Assembly (NCBI GenBank): GCA_051869395.1
Contig: JBJEAV010000060.1
Span: forward strand, 1-63,154
Direction of reading: 5' to 3'
DNA: 63,154 bases
From: Prevotella sp.
Lineage (GTDB): Bacteria > Bacteroidota > Bacteroidia > Bacteroidales > Bacteroidaceae
Shown here: positions 47,576 through 57,147 of the stretch, one piece after another
Numbering within the stretch: position 1 is the first letter of the stretch
Layout of the letters: each line of letters starts with the position of its first letter
The notes under the pieces: generated by a model
Told to the model about the DNA's origin: nothing
What the model saw: only the letters and a program-made list of their open reading frames with translations
Databases searched by the model: none
Position numbers and translations under genes: made by a program

Positions 47576-48342
47576 TGAAAAAATACTATTTCGTCTTCTG
47601 CAAGGGAGACATCATGTTGGAAAAACTTGTCGACGGCAGTTATACCATACCATACCAGGAGGATACTCCCACAAAAGTATTCCCCTGGACAAATATACTC
47701 AATGTAACACCTTTGGGCGACACTGAGGTGAAGACCTACCGCATCGACTCACCTGTGACAGACAACCCACGTTTTGAGATGTGCGGACTGCGTCCCAGTT
47801 ATTACAAGCTCTCTCCGGAACTTTACCAGAAAGCCGGCAAATGCGAGGAACTGCTTTATTGGGACCAGAACACCAAGTTCTGCGGGGTATGCGGAGGAAC
47901 GATGAAGATGCACACCGACATTAGCAAGCGTTGCGAGGAGTGCGGCAAGGAGGTATGGCCATCGCTTGCCACTGCCATCATAGTGCTCATACACCGAGGC
48001 GACGAGGTGTTGCTTGTACATGCCCGCAACTTCCGCGGCAAGTTCTTCGGACTTGTTGCCGGTTTTGTAGAGACGGGAGAGTCACTCGAAGAAGCCGTCC
48101 ACCGCGAGGTGATGGAAGAGACAGGGCTCGTCATCACAAACCTGCGCTACTTCGGCAGCCAACCATGGCCATACCCCAGCGGACTGATGGTTGGTTTCCA
48201 TGCCGACTATGTCTCAGGAGAAATAAAGTTGCAGAAGGAAGAACTGGCAGCGGGACAGTGGTTCTGGAAAGACAACCTGCCCGAGATACCGGAAAAGCTG
48301 TCCATAGCCCGACGAATAATTGACGACTGGCTTTCATGGTGA
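47575..48342 (+). CDS. nudC: NAD(H) diphosphatase NudC
   Basis: CGVCG..CEEC Zn ribbon, Nudix box AGFVETGESLEEAVHREVMEETG, SQPWPYP. Confidence 0.95.
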   Translation: MKKYYFVFCKGDIMLEKLVDGSYTIPYQEDTPTKVFPWTNILNVTPLGDTEVKTYRIDSPVTDNPRFEMCGLRPSYYKLSPELYQKAGKCEELLYWDQNTKFCGVCGGTMKMHTDISKRCEECGKEVWPSLATAIIVLIHRGDEVLLVHARNFRGKFFGLVAGFVETGESLEEAVHREVMEETGLVITNLRYFGSQPWPYPSGLMVGFHADYVSGEIKLQKEELAAGQWFWKDNLPEIPEKLSIARRIIDDWLSW

Positions 48343-48379
48343 AGACAAAACGGGATGGACGGTCACATCCCAAACATAT

Positions 48380-48626
48380 AAAAATACGGAACCGCATCTC
48401 TGCCGTTGCAGGATGCGGTTCTATAATCTAATAATTTTATTCCATTGGATTCTCCGTTTCCGGAGTTTCCTCCTTTGTTCCTCTCGATCTCTCGACCAAA
48501 ATTCACTTTTTATCATTACCCAATACTAACAATCTTTTACCTAAAAACTAAAAACCAATAACTAACCTAAAACAATCTATTACCTAACTAAAAACCTTTA
48601 TCTATGAAACAAATCTATCTTTTTTA
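48380..48626 (-). ncRNA. Candidate trans-acting small RNA (~245 nt)
   Basis: Minus-strand promoter TTGCG (48658-48662) and TAACTTTG (48632-48639); U/G-rich 5' part without an ORF; terminator gaaccgcatc...gatgcggttc (48389-48421) plus U tract. Confidence 0.7.
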
Positions 48627-48754
48627 CGTTGCAAAGTTACGAACTTTTTTCGGATTCCGCAATACTTTTGGTCGATTTTCTTGAATTCTTCGACATATTA
48701 TTGATTTTTGTCAAGTCAAAACCCCAAAACACCCCCAAAAATGCAATAATCCGC

Positions 48755-49387
48755 CTACAATACTTCCTGATTGTATATGCCAAGGAAGATTTCCTTAAGC
48801 TTATGTGGATTGGCAATAATATCACGTACAATGTTCAGGTTGCGCTCGTTATCAGAACCACGCACCCACAACTTGATATAGCCATTGACGGAGTACTTGT
48901 TCTGCATGTGTTCATAGAAACGCTCCCATTGCTGCTCAACAGAATATTGCGGATAGTTAGCTAATCCAAACTGCACAGCACGGCGAAATACAGAGTCTGG
49001 TTCAATATCACGGTCTGCCTCTGCCACGATTTTTCCGTATATCGAACGCGGTGCGCGTGATGCCGATGCCCTATGGTCCTCCACTGCCTCCTTCATAATC
49101 TTGAGTTGCTCAATAGAGAACCATTTCTTAAGTCTGGCGTCATTGTAAAGTATCTTACCACCCTCTATATGGTGTATAGCCCTCTGTCCCGCCATACCGA
49201 GATCGTGGTATGCGGCGATGACATATACCATATTCAGATCGGCGCCCACCTTCAGCGCCAGGTCCATAGCCTTGCGTATCACTCTCACCACATGCTCAGT
49301 GTTATGCGCCTTGTCAAAGGCTGCATATCTTGGTAGAATCTTGCTTTCCACAAATTCCACAAGGTCGAGACTTGCCATTCTGTTCAT
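48755..49387 (-). CDS. HD-domain phosphohydrolase
   Basis: H...H, AAYHDLG, HH, EDHRAS, EADR. Confidence 0.88.
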   Translation of the reverse strand: MNRMASLDLVEFVESKILPRYAAFDKAHNTEHVVRVIRKAMDLALKVGADLNMVYVIAAYHDLGMAGQRAIHHIEGGKILYNDARLKKWFSIEQLKIMKEAVEDHRASASRAPRSIYGKIVAEADRDIEPDSVFRRAVQFGLANYPQYSVEQQWERFYEHMQNKYSVNGYIKLWVRGSDNERNLNIVRDIIANPHKLKEIFLGIYNQEVL

Positions 49388-49518
49388 ATCTTGTTCCTCC
49401 TGTTATATTCCTTATTTATATTAACTTTAGTCTTTTTTTAGCAATTAATTGCCAAAACATTTGCAAATATACATAATTATGCTTACTTTTGCAAGCAATA
49501 ATTAAAAAAACATCGATT

Positions 49519-50430
49519 ATGCAGTCAAAAGACATCAAGAAAGACTCGCTTAAGGCCTGGATACTGGCAGCGCGTCCCAAAACACTAAGCGGTGCTGCAG
49601 TGCCAGTGATGATAGGTCTTGCCCTTGCCTATAAGGATTCCTTTCTATATGAAGGCGACCCATTCTGCTGGATACCGGCAGTGTTGTGTCTCCTGTTTGC
49701 ATGGGTAATGCAGATTGACGCCAATTTCATCAATGATTTCTTCGACTTTGCCAAAGGCACCGACGATACCGCCACTCGCCTTGGTCCGCGACGTGCATGT
49801 GCACAAGGCTGGGTTAGTGTTGACAAGATGAAGCACGCCATAGCGCTGACCACGTGTATTGCCTGTCTGACAGGACTGCCGCTTGTCTTGTATGGCGGTC
49901 TGGAGATGGTGCTTGTAGGTGTCCTATGTCTTATTTTCTGCTTTCTTTACACCACCCACTTGTCTTATATAGGCATGGGCGACATGCTCGTTGTACTGTT
50001 CTTCGGCATCATTCCCGTGTGCGTACCTTATTATATACAATTACACACGTGCTCATCATTTGTCTTTCTCGCGTCTCTTGCGTGCGGTATGGTGGTGGAT
50101 ACACTCTTAATCGTCAACAACTTCCGCGACCGCGACACTGACAAAGCCGTAGGCAAAACCACCCTGGTAGTCAAAATCGGCGAGAAAGCATCGTTGCAAC
50201 TATACCTTGCCCTTGGCTGGGGAGCTTTCATAATGGGACTGGCATATATGACCAACGGTTACTTCCTTGCCTTTGTCCTGCCATTGGTGTATCTCGTGTT
50301 CCATCATTACACGTATATGCGCATCAAACGCATCAATCGCGGCAAGGCTCTCAACCTCTGTCTTGGTGAAACGGCGAGAAACATCTTCATCTACGGCTTA
50401 ATGGTCACCTTGGGCATCCTGCTGTCATAG
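49519..50430 (+). CDS. menA: 1,4-dihydroxy-2-naphthoate prenyltransferase
   Basis: ARPKTL, NFINDFFD..KGTD, NNFRDRDTD..VGKTTL, multiple transmembrane segments. Confidence 0.93.
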   Translation: MQSKDIKKDSLKAWILAARPKTLSGAAVPVMIGLALAYKDSFLYEGDPFCWIPAVLCLLFAWVMQIDANFINDFFDFAKGTDDTATRLGPRRACAQGWVSVDKMKHAIALTTCIACLTGLPLVLYGGLEMVLVGVLCLIFCFLYTTHLSYIGMGDMLVVLFFGIIPVCVPYYIQLHTCSSFVFLASLACGMVVDTLLIVNNFRDRDTDKAVGKTTLVVKIGEKASLQLYLALGWGAFIMGLAYMTNGYFLAFVLPLVYLVFHHYTYMRIKRINRGKALNLCLGETARNIFIYGLMVTLGILLS

Positions 50431-50436
50431 GGAGGT

Positions 50437-50589
50437 TTACCTCAGATAGAGATAATAAACCACCGCTAAAGCTGCCACCAAAACCAAGGTGACAACAGTC
50501 TTGATCATACAGCTTGCCACCTTCTTCATCACCAGGAACCCGACAATCAGCAATATCAGGCCTGCCACGTAATATCCGAAATTATCCAT
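50437..50589 (-). CDS. Small (50 aa) two-helix membrane protein, absent from the ORF track
   Basis: MDNFGYYVAGLILLIVGFLVMKKVASCMIKTVVTLVLVAALAVVYYLYLR*, starting 11 nt after the RluA-family stop. Confidence 0.75.
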   Translation of the reverse strand: MDNFGYYVAGLILLIVGFLVMKKVASCMIKTVVTLVLVAALAVVYYLYLR

Positions 50590-50600
50590 ATCTGTTGTTA

Positions 50601-51500
50601 TTATTTAAATAAATGTCTGAATCCTGCGGGAATCATCGTCTCAAACTCCATACGCTCGTGTGTAACCGGATGAGTGAAACACAACATGTAGGCATGAAGA
50701 CAGAGACGGTGAAGAGGGTCGTCGCCATTGCCGTATTTCACGTCTCCACACACAGGATGTCCCATGTCAGCCGAATGTACCCTTATCTGATTCTTCCTGC
50801 CTGTCTCCAGCTTGTATTCCACTAAGGAATATTCGGTGGTACGGTCGAGGACATGGAAATGGGTGACGGCATACTTGCCCCCGTTATCCACTGGCGATGA
50901 ATAAGTGATATATGCCTTGTTGTCCTTCAGCCAGTTGGCTATCGTCCCGCCGTCCTGTTCCACCTCTCCGCTTACAACCGCAACATATCTGCGGTCATAT
51001 ACAATATCGTGCCAGTTGTGTTCGAGAATCTGCTCTGTCTCCATATCCTTGGCATATACCATTAATCCACTTGTGTCGCGGTCTAACCTATGCACAACAT
51101 GCGCACGGCAGTTCTGGCGACTTTTGTGAAAATAGTCGTCAAGAACGGATTTCACGTTCAGGGAAGAGTGGCCTGCTGCCATTGACAGAATGCCGATGTT
51201 CTTTTCAACCACTACAATCCAACGGTCCTCATACACAATCTTCACATACCTGCTCTTGAATGCCTGTTGGTTGCGCTTGGTCTTGCTGACTGCCACCTTC
51301 ATTCCAGGCTTGAGGGGAAAGTCAAATTGGGTCACGCACTTGCCGTTCACCTTGATGCCACGTCCCTGAAGTGTGGACTTCACCTTGGTTCGGCTTTCCT
51401 TCAGGTTGTCGAGCAACCATTCCAGCAGAGGGCGTTCCTCATTTACGGTCAGGTGGGTCCATTCTCCCTGACCATTGTTGTATCCATGTATATATCCCAT
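50601..51500 (-). CDS. RluA-family pseudouridine synthase
   Basis: S4-like N-terminus, VHRLDRDTSG, TGRKNQIRVH, GDVKYG, LCLHA. Confidence 0.93.
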   Translation of the reverse strand: MGYIHGYNNGQGEWTHLTVNEERPLLEWLLDNLKESRTKVKSTLQGRGIKVNGKCVTQFDFPLKPGMKVAVSKTKRNQQAFKSRYVKIVYEDRWIVVVEKNIGILSMAAGHSSLNVKSVLDDYFHKSRQNCRAHVVHRLDRDTSGLMVYAKDMETEQILEHNWHDIVYDRRYVAVVSGEVEQDGGTIANWLKDNKAYITYSSPVDNGGKYAVTHFHVLDRTTEYSLVEYKLETGRKNQIRVHSADMGHPVCGDVKYGNGDDPLHRLCLHAYMLCFTHPVTHERMEFETMIPAGFRHLFK

Positions 51501-51532
51501 AATGAATATCTGAAATTCAAATAATTATCATA

Positions 51533-53800
51533 TCAGTTGAAGAAGTTCCACGAAAGTCCGAAACGGAGTATCTTTCCGTTTGTGGGGTAATGCGGAGCCA
51601 AGAAGTAGCCACGACTGCCACTGCCGGCGTTGACGTGGCTCATCATGATAAAGAAGCGGGTATGCTTGAGGTGCATGTTGGCATATACATCCACAAAAGG
51701 ATAGCCGCCTATCTTCATGCGTGAGTCATCTTTCTGCTGAACAGCAAACTGGCTGAGCTGTGGACAATAGTCGGGAGCGTAATATTTGGAAAAGAAATAT
51801 CCGTCGGCACCCAATTCCATAGCCAATTCTCCGGCAATCTTAAATTTCAGATAAAGATTGGTGAAGATATTGACTGACGGGACTGGAAGCACATTCTCAT
51901 CGCTCGATGTCTGGAAGGTGAAGACATTCTCCCAGTTGAGCGGACCCAACCTGAAATCCTGCATCAGTTGGGCAGTCATTAGGTTGATGTTGCCTCCCGC
52001 CTGATTGACGGTTGCCGACAGGTTGGTGCGCCCTGAGGTGGTGGCATCGTATGACATTCCGAAGTACGTGTAGTTCTGAAGCTCCTCCACAGCCACTCTC
52101 AGGCGAGTGTTTGTCTTGCGGTATGTGAAAAGCCCCTCTATACGTGTGCGTGTTTCCTTGTCGAGACTCTGGTCCCACCATATATGCTTTGAATGATAGT
52201 GACGCTGGTAGAATGATGGATTTAGGCGATAGAAATACGCCTTGGCTCCCAGCGTTACAGTGTCACCCAACAGGGGGAAATTGAGTTCCGTCGAGAAATC
52301 CACTTTAATTTGTCCTGCATCCTCGCCAACGAGCCATGTCTCTGCCGAGAGATTATAATGAAGCGTCCTGCCCTGAGTCTTGATTAGCTGTCCGCCGACG
52401 CTTATATTATGTTCGTTCCATCTGCCCATAACCACACGGCTCTGCTCGTCCTCAGTAATAAGGTCCGGCATATCAAAACGTCGCAACTCGTGAGTGGCAA
52501 ACACCTTTAGCCCTGCCTTTGCCCACTTGTTGAAACCTTCGAGCATAGCTAAAGCAAGGGTGTTCTTCATCGAGAAATGCTTTGTCTGGTCGTAGATAGA
52601 GTCGCCACGGTAGGCATTGTCAACATTCAGGTCATAATAAGTGTCGGCATAATATTCGGCAGGCGAATAGTATGCCTGATAGATACGGCTGTATCTGTTG
52701 AGGTCGAATGTGTGTATCACGCTGGTGACAGGCACGTATTCCTTCTTCAACGTGTCAGCAAGAACAGCCTGCAGACTATCCATTATGCTTTTTCCATCCG
52801 GTCGCCCGCTGAGTTCAATCTTCTCGTCAGTCTGGTTTCCCTCCTTTTCCTTTTGCCTGTTTTCATTGTCCTGCTTGCGTTTCTCGCTGTCAATCTTTGC
52901 CTCCACAGCAAACTTGCGCGCCTTTATCTCTTCATCCGTCATGCGCACATTCCGATAGAAGCCAAAACTGTATCGATGTGACAGGAAAAGATGGATATTG
53001 TCATTGCGGTTCCAATTTCGCTGTAGCACGGTGGGTATTTCACTCTCCAAGAACTTGTCTGAAAACGATTCAGGCGATGTTATATACTTGTCATCGGTGA
53101 TGCCGCCGTTTTCCGCCACTTTCTGGTGATAGACCGAGAACATAGCGTGCATTTTGTATCGGTCACCATCATATGAACTGTACAAGGTGGTACCGAAATG
53201 CGACGTGCTCTGGTTGGCATAATATCCTCGGGCGTATGAATAATTGATGTCAAAACCAAAACCCAGACGCTTGCTTGCATTGGTGGCAAAGATGACATCT
53301 ATGTGGTCTTCGCCGTTGAGTTTGTCGCCGCAGTTGTCGTAGGTGATGTTGGTGATTGGAGAGAGCGTGTTGGTGAACATAAACCCGTCGGGCTGCTTCA
53401 TCACGTGCGAATAAGGCTGCACAAACATAAACTGATCAACTATTGGTTGGTCAATGGCAATACGGTTGAGACGCGGCGAATAGTTATTGCCGGTGGTATT
53501 ATAATCTCCGTATTTACCTGTATTGAATATAGTGTTCATGAACAGATGCGGCATAGTGTCGGGAAGCGTGGGAAACACATCCCCAAACTTCCTGTCAATC
53601 TTCCACACCTTCAGTCCCTTGGGAATTTCCTGATTGCGGGTAGTGTCGTTGTTGTGCTTGTTGAAGTTACGGTTGGTGCCATTGCCGTCCATGTTCCCCT
53701 GATTGAGGTTGCCGCCATCGTCCATCCTTGTGAACGACTGTGCACCCACGCAGAGAAACGACGCCAAGAGCCACAACGAAATTATTATCCTGTTGTTCAT
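51533..53800 (-). CDS. Putative outer-membrane porin (Porin_10-like beta-barrel)
   Basis: Signal peptide, ENGGI, amphipathic strands, C-terminal FGLSWNFFN. Confidence 0.82.
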   Translation of the reverse strand: MNNRIIISLWLLASFLCVGAQSFTRMDDGGNLNQGNMDGNGTNRNFNKHNNDTTRNQEIPKGLKVWKIDRKFGDVFPTLPDTMPHLFMNTIFNTGKYGDYNTTGNNYSPRLNRIAIDQPIVDQFMFVQPYSHVMKQPDGFMFTNTLSPITNITYDNCGDKLNGEDHIDVIFATNASKRLGFGFDINYSYARGYYANQSTSHFGTTLYSSYDGDRYKMHAMFSVYHQKVAENGGITDDKYITSPESFSDKFLESEIPTVLQRNWNRNDNIHLFLSHRYSFGFYRNVRMTDEEIKARKFAVEAKIDSEKRKQDNENRQKEKEGNQTDEKIELSGRPDGKSIMDSLQAVLADTLKKEYVPVTSVIHTFDLNRYSRIYQAYYSPAEYYADTYYDLNVDNAYRGDSIYDQTKHFSMKNTLALAMLEGFNKWAKAGLKVFATHELRRFDMPDLITEDEQSRVVMGRWNEHNISVGGQLIKTQGRTLHYNLSAETWLVGEDAGQIKVDFSTELNFPLLGDTVTLGAKAYFYRLNPSFYQRHYHSKHIWWDQSLDKETRTRIEGLFTYRKTNTRLRVAVEELQNYTYFGMSYDATTSGRTNLSATVNQAGGNINLMTAQLMQDFRLGPLNWENVFTFQTSSDENVLPVPSVNIFTNLYLKFKIAGELAMELGADGYFFSKYYAPDYCPQLSQFAVQQKDDSRMKIGGYPFVDVYANMHLKHTRFFIMMSHVNAGSGSRGYFLAPHYPTNGKILRFGLSWNFFN

Positions 53801-54045
53801 TTAAAAATCATTCTGAGTGAAACCTCAATGGTCTTTATTATAATGGCAAGACCAACAACCAGTCCCCACAACGGATAGCCAAAGAGTTCCATTGGAGTGT
53901 ACATGTACAATGCAATGCCCACCACCACGGCAAGCATAAAGAGGATGTTGAGCACGTTTCTGACCTTAAAAACCTTGTCCTCCGGTTCGCGCCTGTGATG
54001 TGTCTCACCACGGTTCCAAATTCTGTCAAGCTCTTCCTGGGTCAT
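53797..54045 (-). CDS. Small membrane protein
   Basis: 82 aa, two transmembrane segments, 4-bp overlaps with both neighbours. Confidence 0.72.
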   Translation of the reverse strand: MTQEELDRIWNRGETHHRREPEDKVFKVRNVLNILFMLAVVVGIALYMYTPMELFGYPLWGLVVGLAIIIKTIEVSLRMIFK

Positions 54046-54689
54046 TTGCCCTCCTCCTTCTTCTTGCCATTAATGATTTCGTTGAACTTGCCGAAGAGGA
54101 AGTCCTTGCGGTCGATGGTCTTGCGACGGAACTTGCCGCTCATCTTAGATAGCTTGTCCTTCTTCTTGTTGAGTGCATTTTCATCGTCAATCCACTCCTC
54201 TGCCTTGTATGTCTGGGGATTGCGCTCCTCCTCATACAGATAGTAGATGCGGGTCATTTTCAGTTCCAAACGTCCGTCGGAACAGTTGGCAATGAGAGAA
54301 TAATAGAAACGTGTGCGGTCGAGCACCAGGGCATTGCTCTTGAACACGAGCCACTCCTGATAATTGGCACACAGAGTGTTGTTGGCAGAATCGGCCAAAG
54401 CCACAATGCTATGCTCAAGCTGGTTGGGCATACGTGTCAGGCGTTCCATATAGTTCTTCGCCATAGAATAAATCTGCGACGCACTCTTGCCTGGAGCCTC
54501 GATGACAGTGGAGAAGACCACCCTGCCGTCAACAAAGGGCACTGCCCCCACCAGATACTTGGCATCCGGATTAACCTTCACAACAGCCTCTTTAGCCTCC
54601 TGCTGTTTTTCCATCTCTTCCCACTCGTTCTGGGCGCTGGCAAGACCGCAAAGGGAGGTCGCCAACATCAACATTATTGTTCTTTTCAT
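54042..54689 (-). CDS. DUF4468-like exported protein
   Basis: Signal peptide, KYLVGAVP..DGRVVF, LVF....L.LDRT, AEEWIDD, KFRRKTID. Confidence 0.75.
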   Translation of the reverse strand: MKRTIMLMLATSLCGLASAQNEWEEMEKQQEAKEAVVKVNPDAKYLVGAVPFVDGRVVFSTVIEAPGKSASQIYSMAKNYMERLTRMPNQLEHSIVALADSANNTLCANYQEWLVFKSNALVLDRTRFYYSLIANCSDGRLELKMTRIYYLYEEERNPQTYKAEEWIDDENALNKKKDKLSKMSGKFRRKTIDRKDFLFGKFNEIINGKKKEEGK

Positions 54690-54840
54690 GATTTCTTATT
54701 AAAAATTTAATGCAAAGGTACATAAAATAAACCGAACAACAATGCTATACCTATATATATTAACTATTTTTTTCCTTTTTCTTTGCCATTTCGATAATTA
54801 TTCGTAATTTTGCACCATTAAAACAAAGAATTGTAAGAAT

Positions 54841-55596
54841 ATGAAATTTATAGCTGTTATACCGGCAAGATACGCATCGACGCGTTTCCCAGGCAAACCG
54901 CTTGCCATACTTGGAGGCAAGACGGTCATTGAAAGAGTATATCAACAGGTGTCGAACGTGATTGACGATGTGTATGTCGCCACCGACGACGAACGCATCC
55001 GCCAAACAGTGGAGGGATTCGGAGGAAAGGCTGTCATGACATCCCCCAACCACAAGAGTGGCACCGACCGCATTGAGGAGGCGGTGGAGAAAATAGGCTC
55101 TGACGCTGACGTGGTTGTTAACGTGCAGGGCGACGAGCCTTTCATCCATGAGTCGCAGATAAGGACAGTTTGCGAGTGTTTCAATGACGAGGCTACCCAG
55201 ATTGCGACATTGGGAAAACCATTCGGACGCACTCCTTCTGACATTGATGCCATCGAGAATCCCAACTCACCCAAGATTGCAGTGAGCAAAAACGGATATG
55301 CACTATATTTCAGCCGCAGCGTAATACCGTTCTGCCGTGGCAAGGAACGTGAGTCATGGCCAGAGTCGTTCCCATATCTGAAACACATCGGGCTGTATGC
55401 CTACCGCCGTGATGTCCTGCGCGAGGTGACACTGCTGCCACAGGGAGAACTTGAGAAGGCTGAGAGCCTGGAGCAGCTGCGTTGGCTTGAGAATGGATAT
55501 AAGATTAAAGTAGGAACAACAAACATTGAGACAGTAGGAATAGACACTCCCGAAGATTTGGCAAAGGCAGAGACAATATTGAATGTTCACGTTTAA
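54841..55596 (+). CDS. kdsB: 3-deoxy-manno-octulosonate cytidylyltransferase
   Basis: IPARYASTRFPGKPL, SGTDR, NVQGDEP, HIGLYAY, ESLEQLRWL. Confidence 0.97.
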   Translation: MKFIAVIPARYASTRFPGKPLAILGGKTVIERVYQQVSNVIDDVYVATDDERIRQTVEGFGGKAVMTSPNHKSGTDRIEEAVEKIGSDADVVVNVQGDEPFIHESQIRTVCECFNDEATQIATLGKPFGRTPSDIDAIENPNSPKIAVSKNGYALYFSRSVIPFCRGKERESWPESFPYLKHIGLYAYRRDVLREVTLLPQGELEKAESLEQLRWLENGYKIKVGTTNIETVGIDTPEDLAKAETILNVHV

Positions 55597-56308
55597 AAGA
55601 TTTACCATAAAACAGGACAAATGCGCCATGAAGGTGGGCACCGATGGGGTACTGCTTGGCGCTTGGGCTGCATCAGGCATGGAGGCGGCAAGGGTGGGAA
55701 ACGTGCTTGACATCGGCACAGGCACCGGGCTTATAGCACTGATGATGGCACAGAGGTTTCCTCATGCCCAAGTGGTTGGCATCGACATCGACAAGGATGC
55801 TGCCGAACAGGCAAACGAAAATGTCTTAAGTTCTACTTTTAGCCAGAATATCAATATTTTACACAAATCCCTTCAAGAGTTTATTGAAGAATGTAAAAAC
55901 GGCGACAGTGGGACTGAGAGCGGTAAGACATTCGACGTCATAGTGTGCAATCCGCCGTTCTTCGACAACTCTCTGACATGCCCTGACCCCAAGCGCACCA
56001 CAGCCCGTCACAACTCCACCCTACCCTTCGGCACTCTGATGAAAGGGGCAAAGACACTGCTCGCCGACGAGGGTCGTTTCTCTTTGGTAATACCATCGGA
56101 ATGTAGGCAGAAAATAGAGGACGAGGCAATATTCTCAGGAATGATGCTCACTAAGAGAACAGCAGTGGTAACCAAGGAAGGCAAGAAGCCCAAGCGCTAC
56201 CTCCTTGAATTCGCCCTCAATGGAATGTCCTTCGATGAAGATGTTTTATCACTGAAAAGTGAGGAATATAGGCTTCTGACGGCTGATTTTTACCTCTCAA
56301 AGCAATAA
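55583..56308 (+). CDS. tRNA1(Val) adenine37-N6 methyltransferase (YfiC family)
   Basis: MKVGTDGVLLGAW, LDIGTGTG, CNPPFF, ARH, LTADFYL. Confidence 0.92.
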   Translation: MFTFKRFTIKQDKCAMKVGTDGVLLGAWAASGMEAARVGNVLDIGTGTGLIALMMAQRFPHAQVVGIDIDKDAAEQANENVLSSTFSQNINILHKSLQEFIEECKNGDSGTESGKTFDVIVCNPPFFDNSLTCPDPKRTTARHNSTLPFGTLMKGAKTLLADEGRFSLVIPSECRQKIEDEAIFSGMMLTKRTAVVTKEGKKPKRYLLEFALNGMSFDEDVLSLKSEEYRLLTADFYLSKQ

Positions 56309-56430
56309 AAAAGTTAAAGAGTTAAAAATGATACCCAAAAATGAGTATTTTCTCAGATATTTGCTGTATCTTTGCAGTGCTGTAACAAAGCGGCAACTTA
56401 TTTATTAATTATTTAAATATAAGAAGGAAT

Positions 56431-57132
56431 ATGCAGTATTCTAATGAAGTCAACAACATGTGCGTTGTTGCAAAAGGTCCAAACCACGGACCAGCCCCAA
56501 TTCCTGAAGAGGGAAAATGGATTCAGGCAAAAGAGATTAAGGACATCTCTGGTTATACCCACGGTGTGGGTTGGTGTGCACCCCAGCAGGGAGCCTGCAA
56601 GCTCTCTCTGAACATCAAGGAGGGTGTTATCCAGGAGTGCCTCGTGGAAACTATCGGTTGTACAGGTATGACACACTCAGCTGCCATGGCATCTGAGATT
56701 CTTCCTGGAAAGACCATCCTCGAAGCCCTCAACACTGACCTTGTTTGCGACGCTATCAACACAGCCATGCGCGAACTGTTCCTGCAGATTGTCTATGGTC
56801 GTTCACAGAGCGCATTCTCAGAGGACGGACTCGTTATCGGTGCCGGACTTGAGGACCTCGGCAAGGGTCTGCGCAGCCAGACCGGTACTCTCTATGGTAC
56901 TGTTGCCAAGGGTACACGCTATCTGGAGCTGACCGAGGGTTACATCACCAAGATGTTCCTCGACAAGGACAGCCAGGTTTGCGGCTACGAGTATGTTCAC
57001 CTCGGCAAGATGATGGAGGCCATCAAGGCAGGTATGGACGCCAACGAGGCTGTGAAGAAGTTCACAGGTTCTTACGGACGCACCAAGGCCGAGCAGGGAG
57101 TTGTTAAGAGTATTGACCCACGTAAAGAATAA
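56431..57132 (+). CDS. IscU/NifU-N-like Cys-rich protein, partner of the GGGtGRT protein
   Basis: GWCAPQQGAC, ETIGCTGMTHSAAMA, LVCDAIN; promoter TATCTTTG at 56367-56374. Confidence 0.75.
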   Translation: MQYSNEVNNMCVVAKGPNHGPAPIPEEGKWIQAKEIKDISGYTHGVGWCAPQQGACKLSLNIKEGVIQECLVETIGCTGMTHSAAMASEILPGKTILEALNTDLVCDAINTAMRELFLQIVYGRSQSAFSEDGLVIGAGLEDLGKGLRSQTGTLYGTVAKGTRYLELTEGYITKMFLDKDSQVCGYEYVHLGKMMEAIKAGMDANEAVKKFTGSYGRTKAEQGVVKSIDPRKE

Positions 57133-57147
57133 TAAGGAGAAACAACT

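Noticed and set aside
48604-48639. Plus-strand leader peptide starting ATGAAACAAATC
   Set aside because: No plus-strand promoter or downstream gene; the promoter and terminator point to a minus-strand transcript
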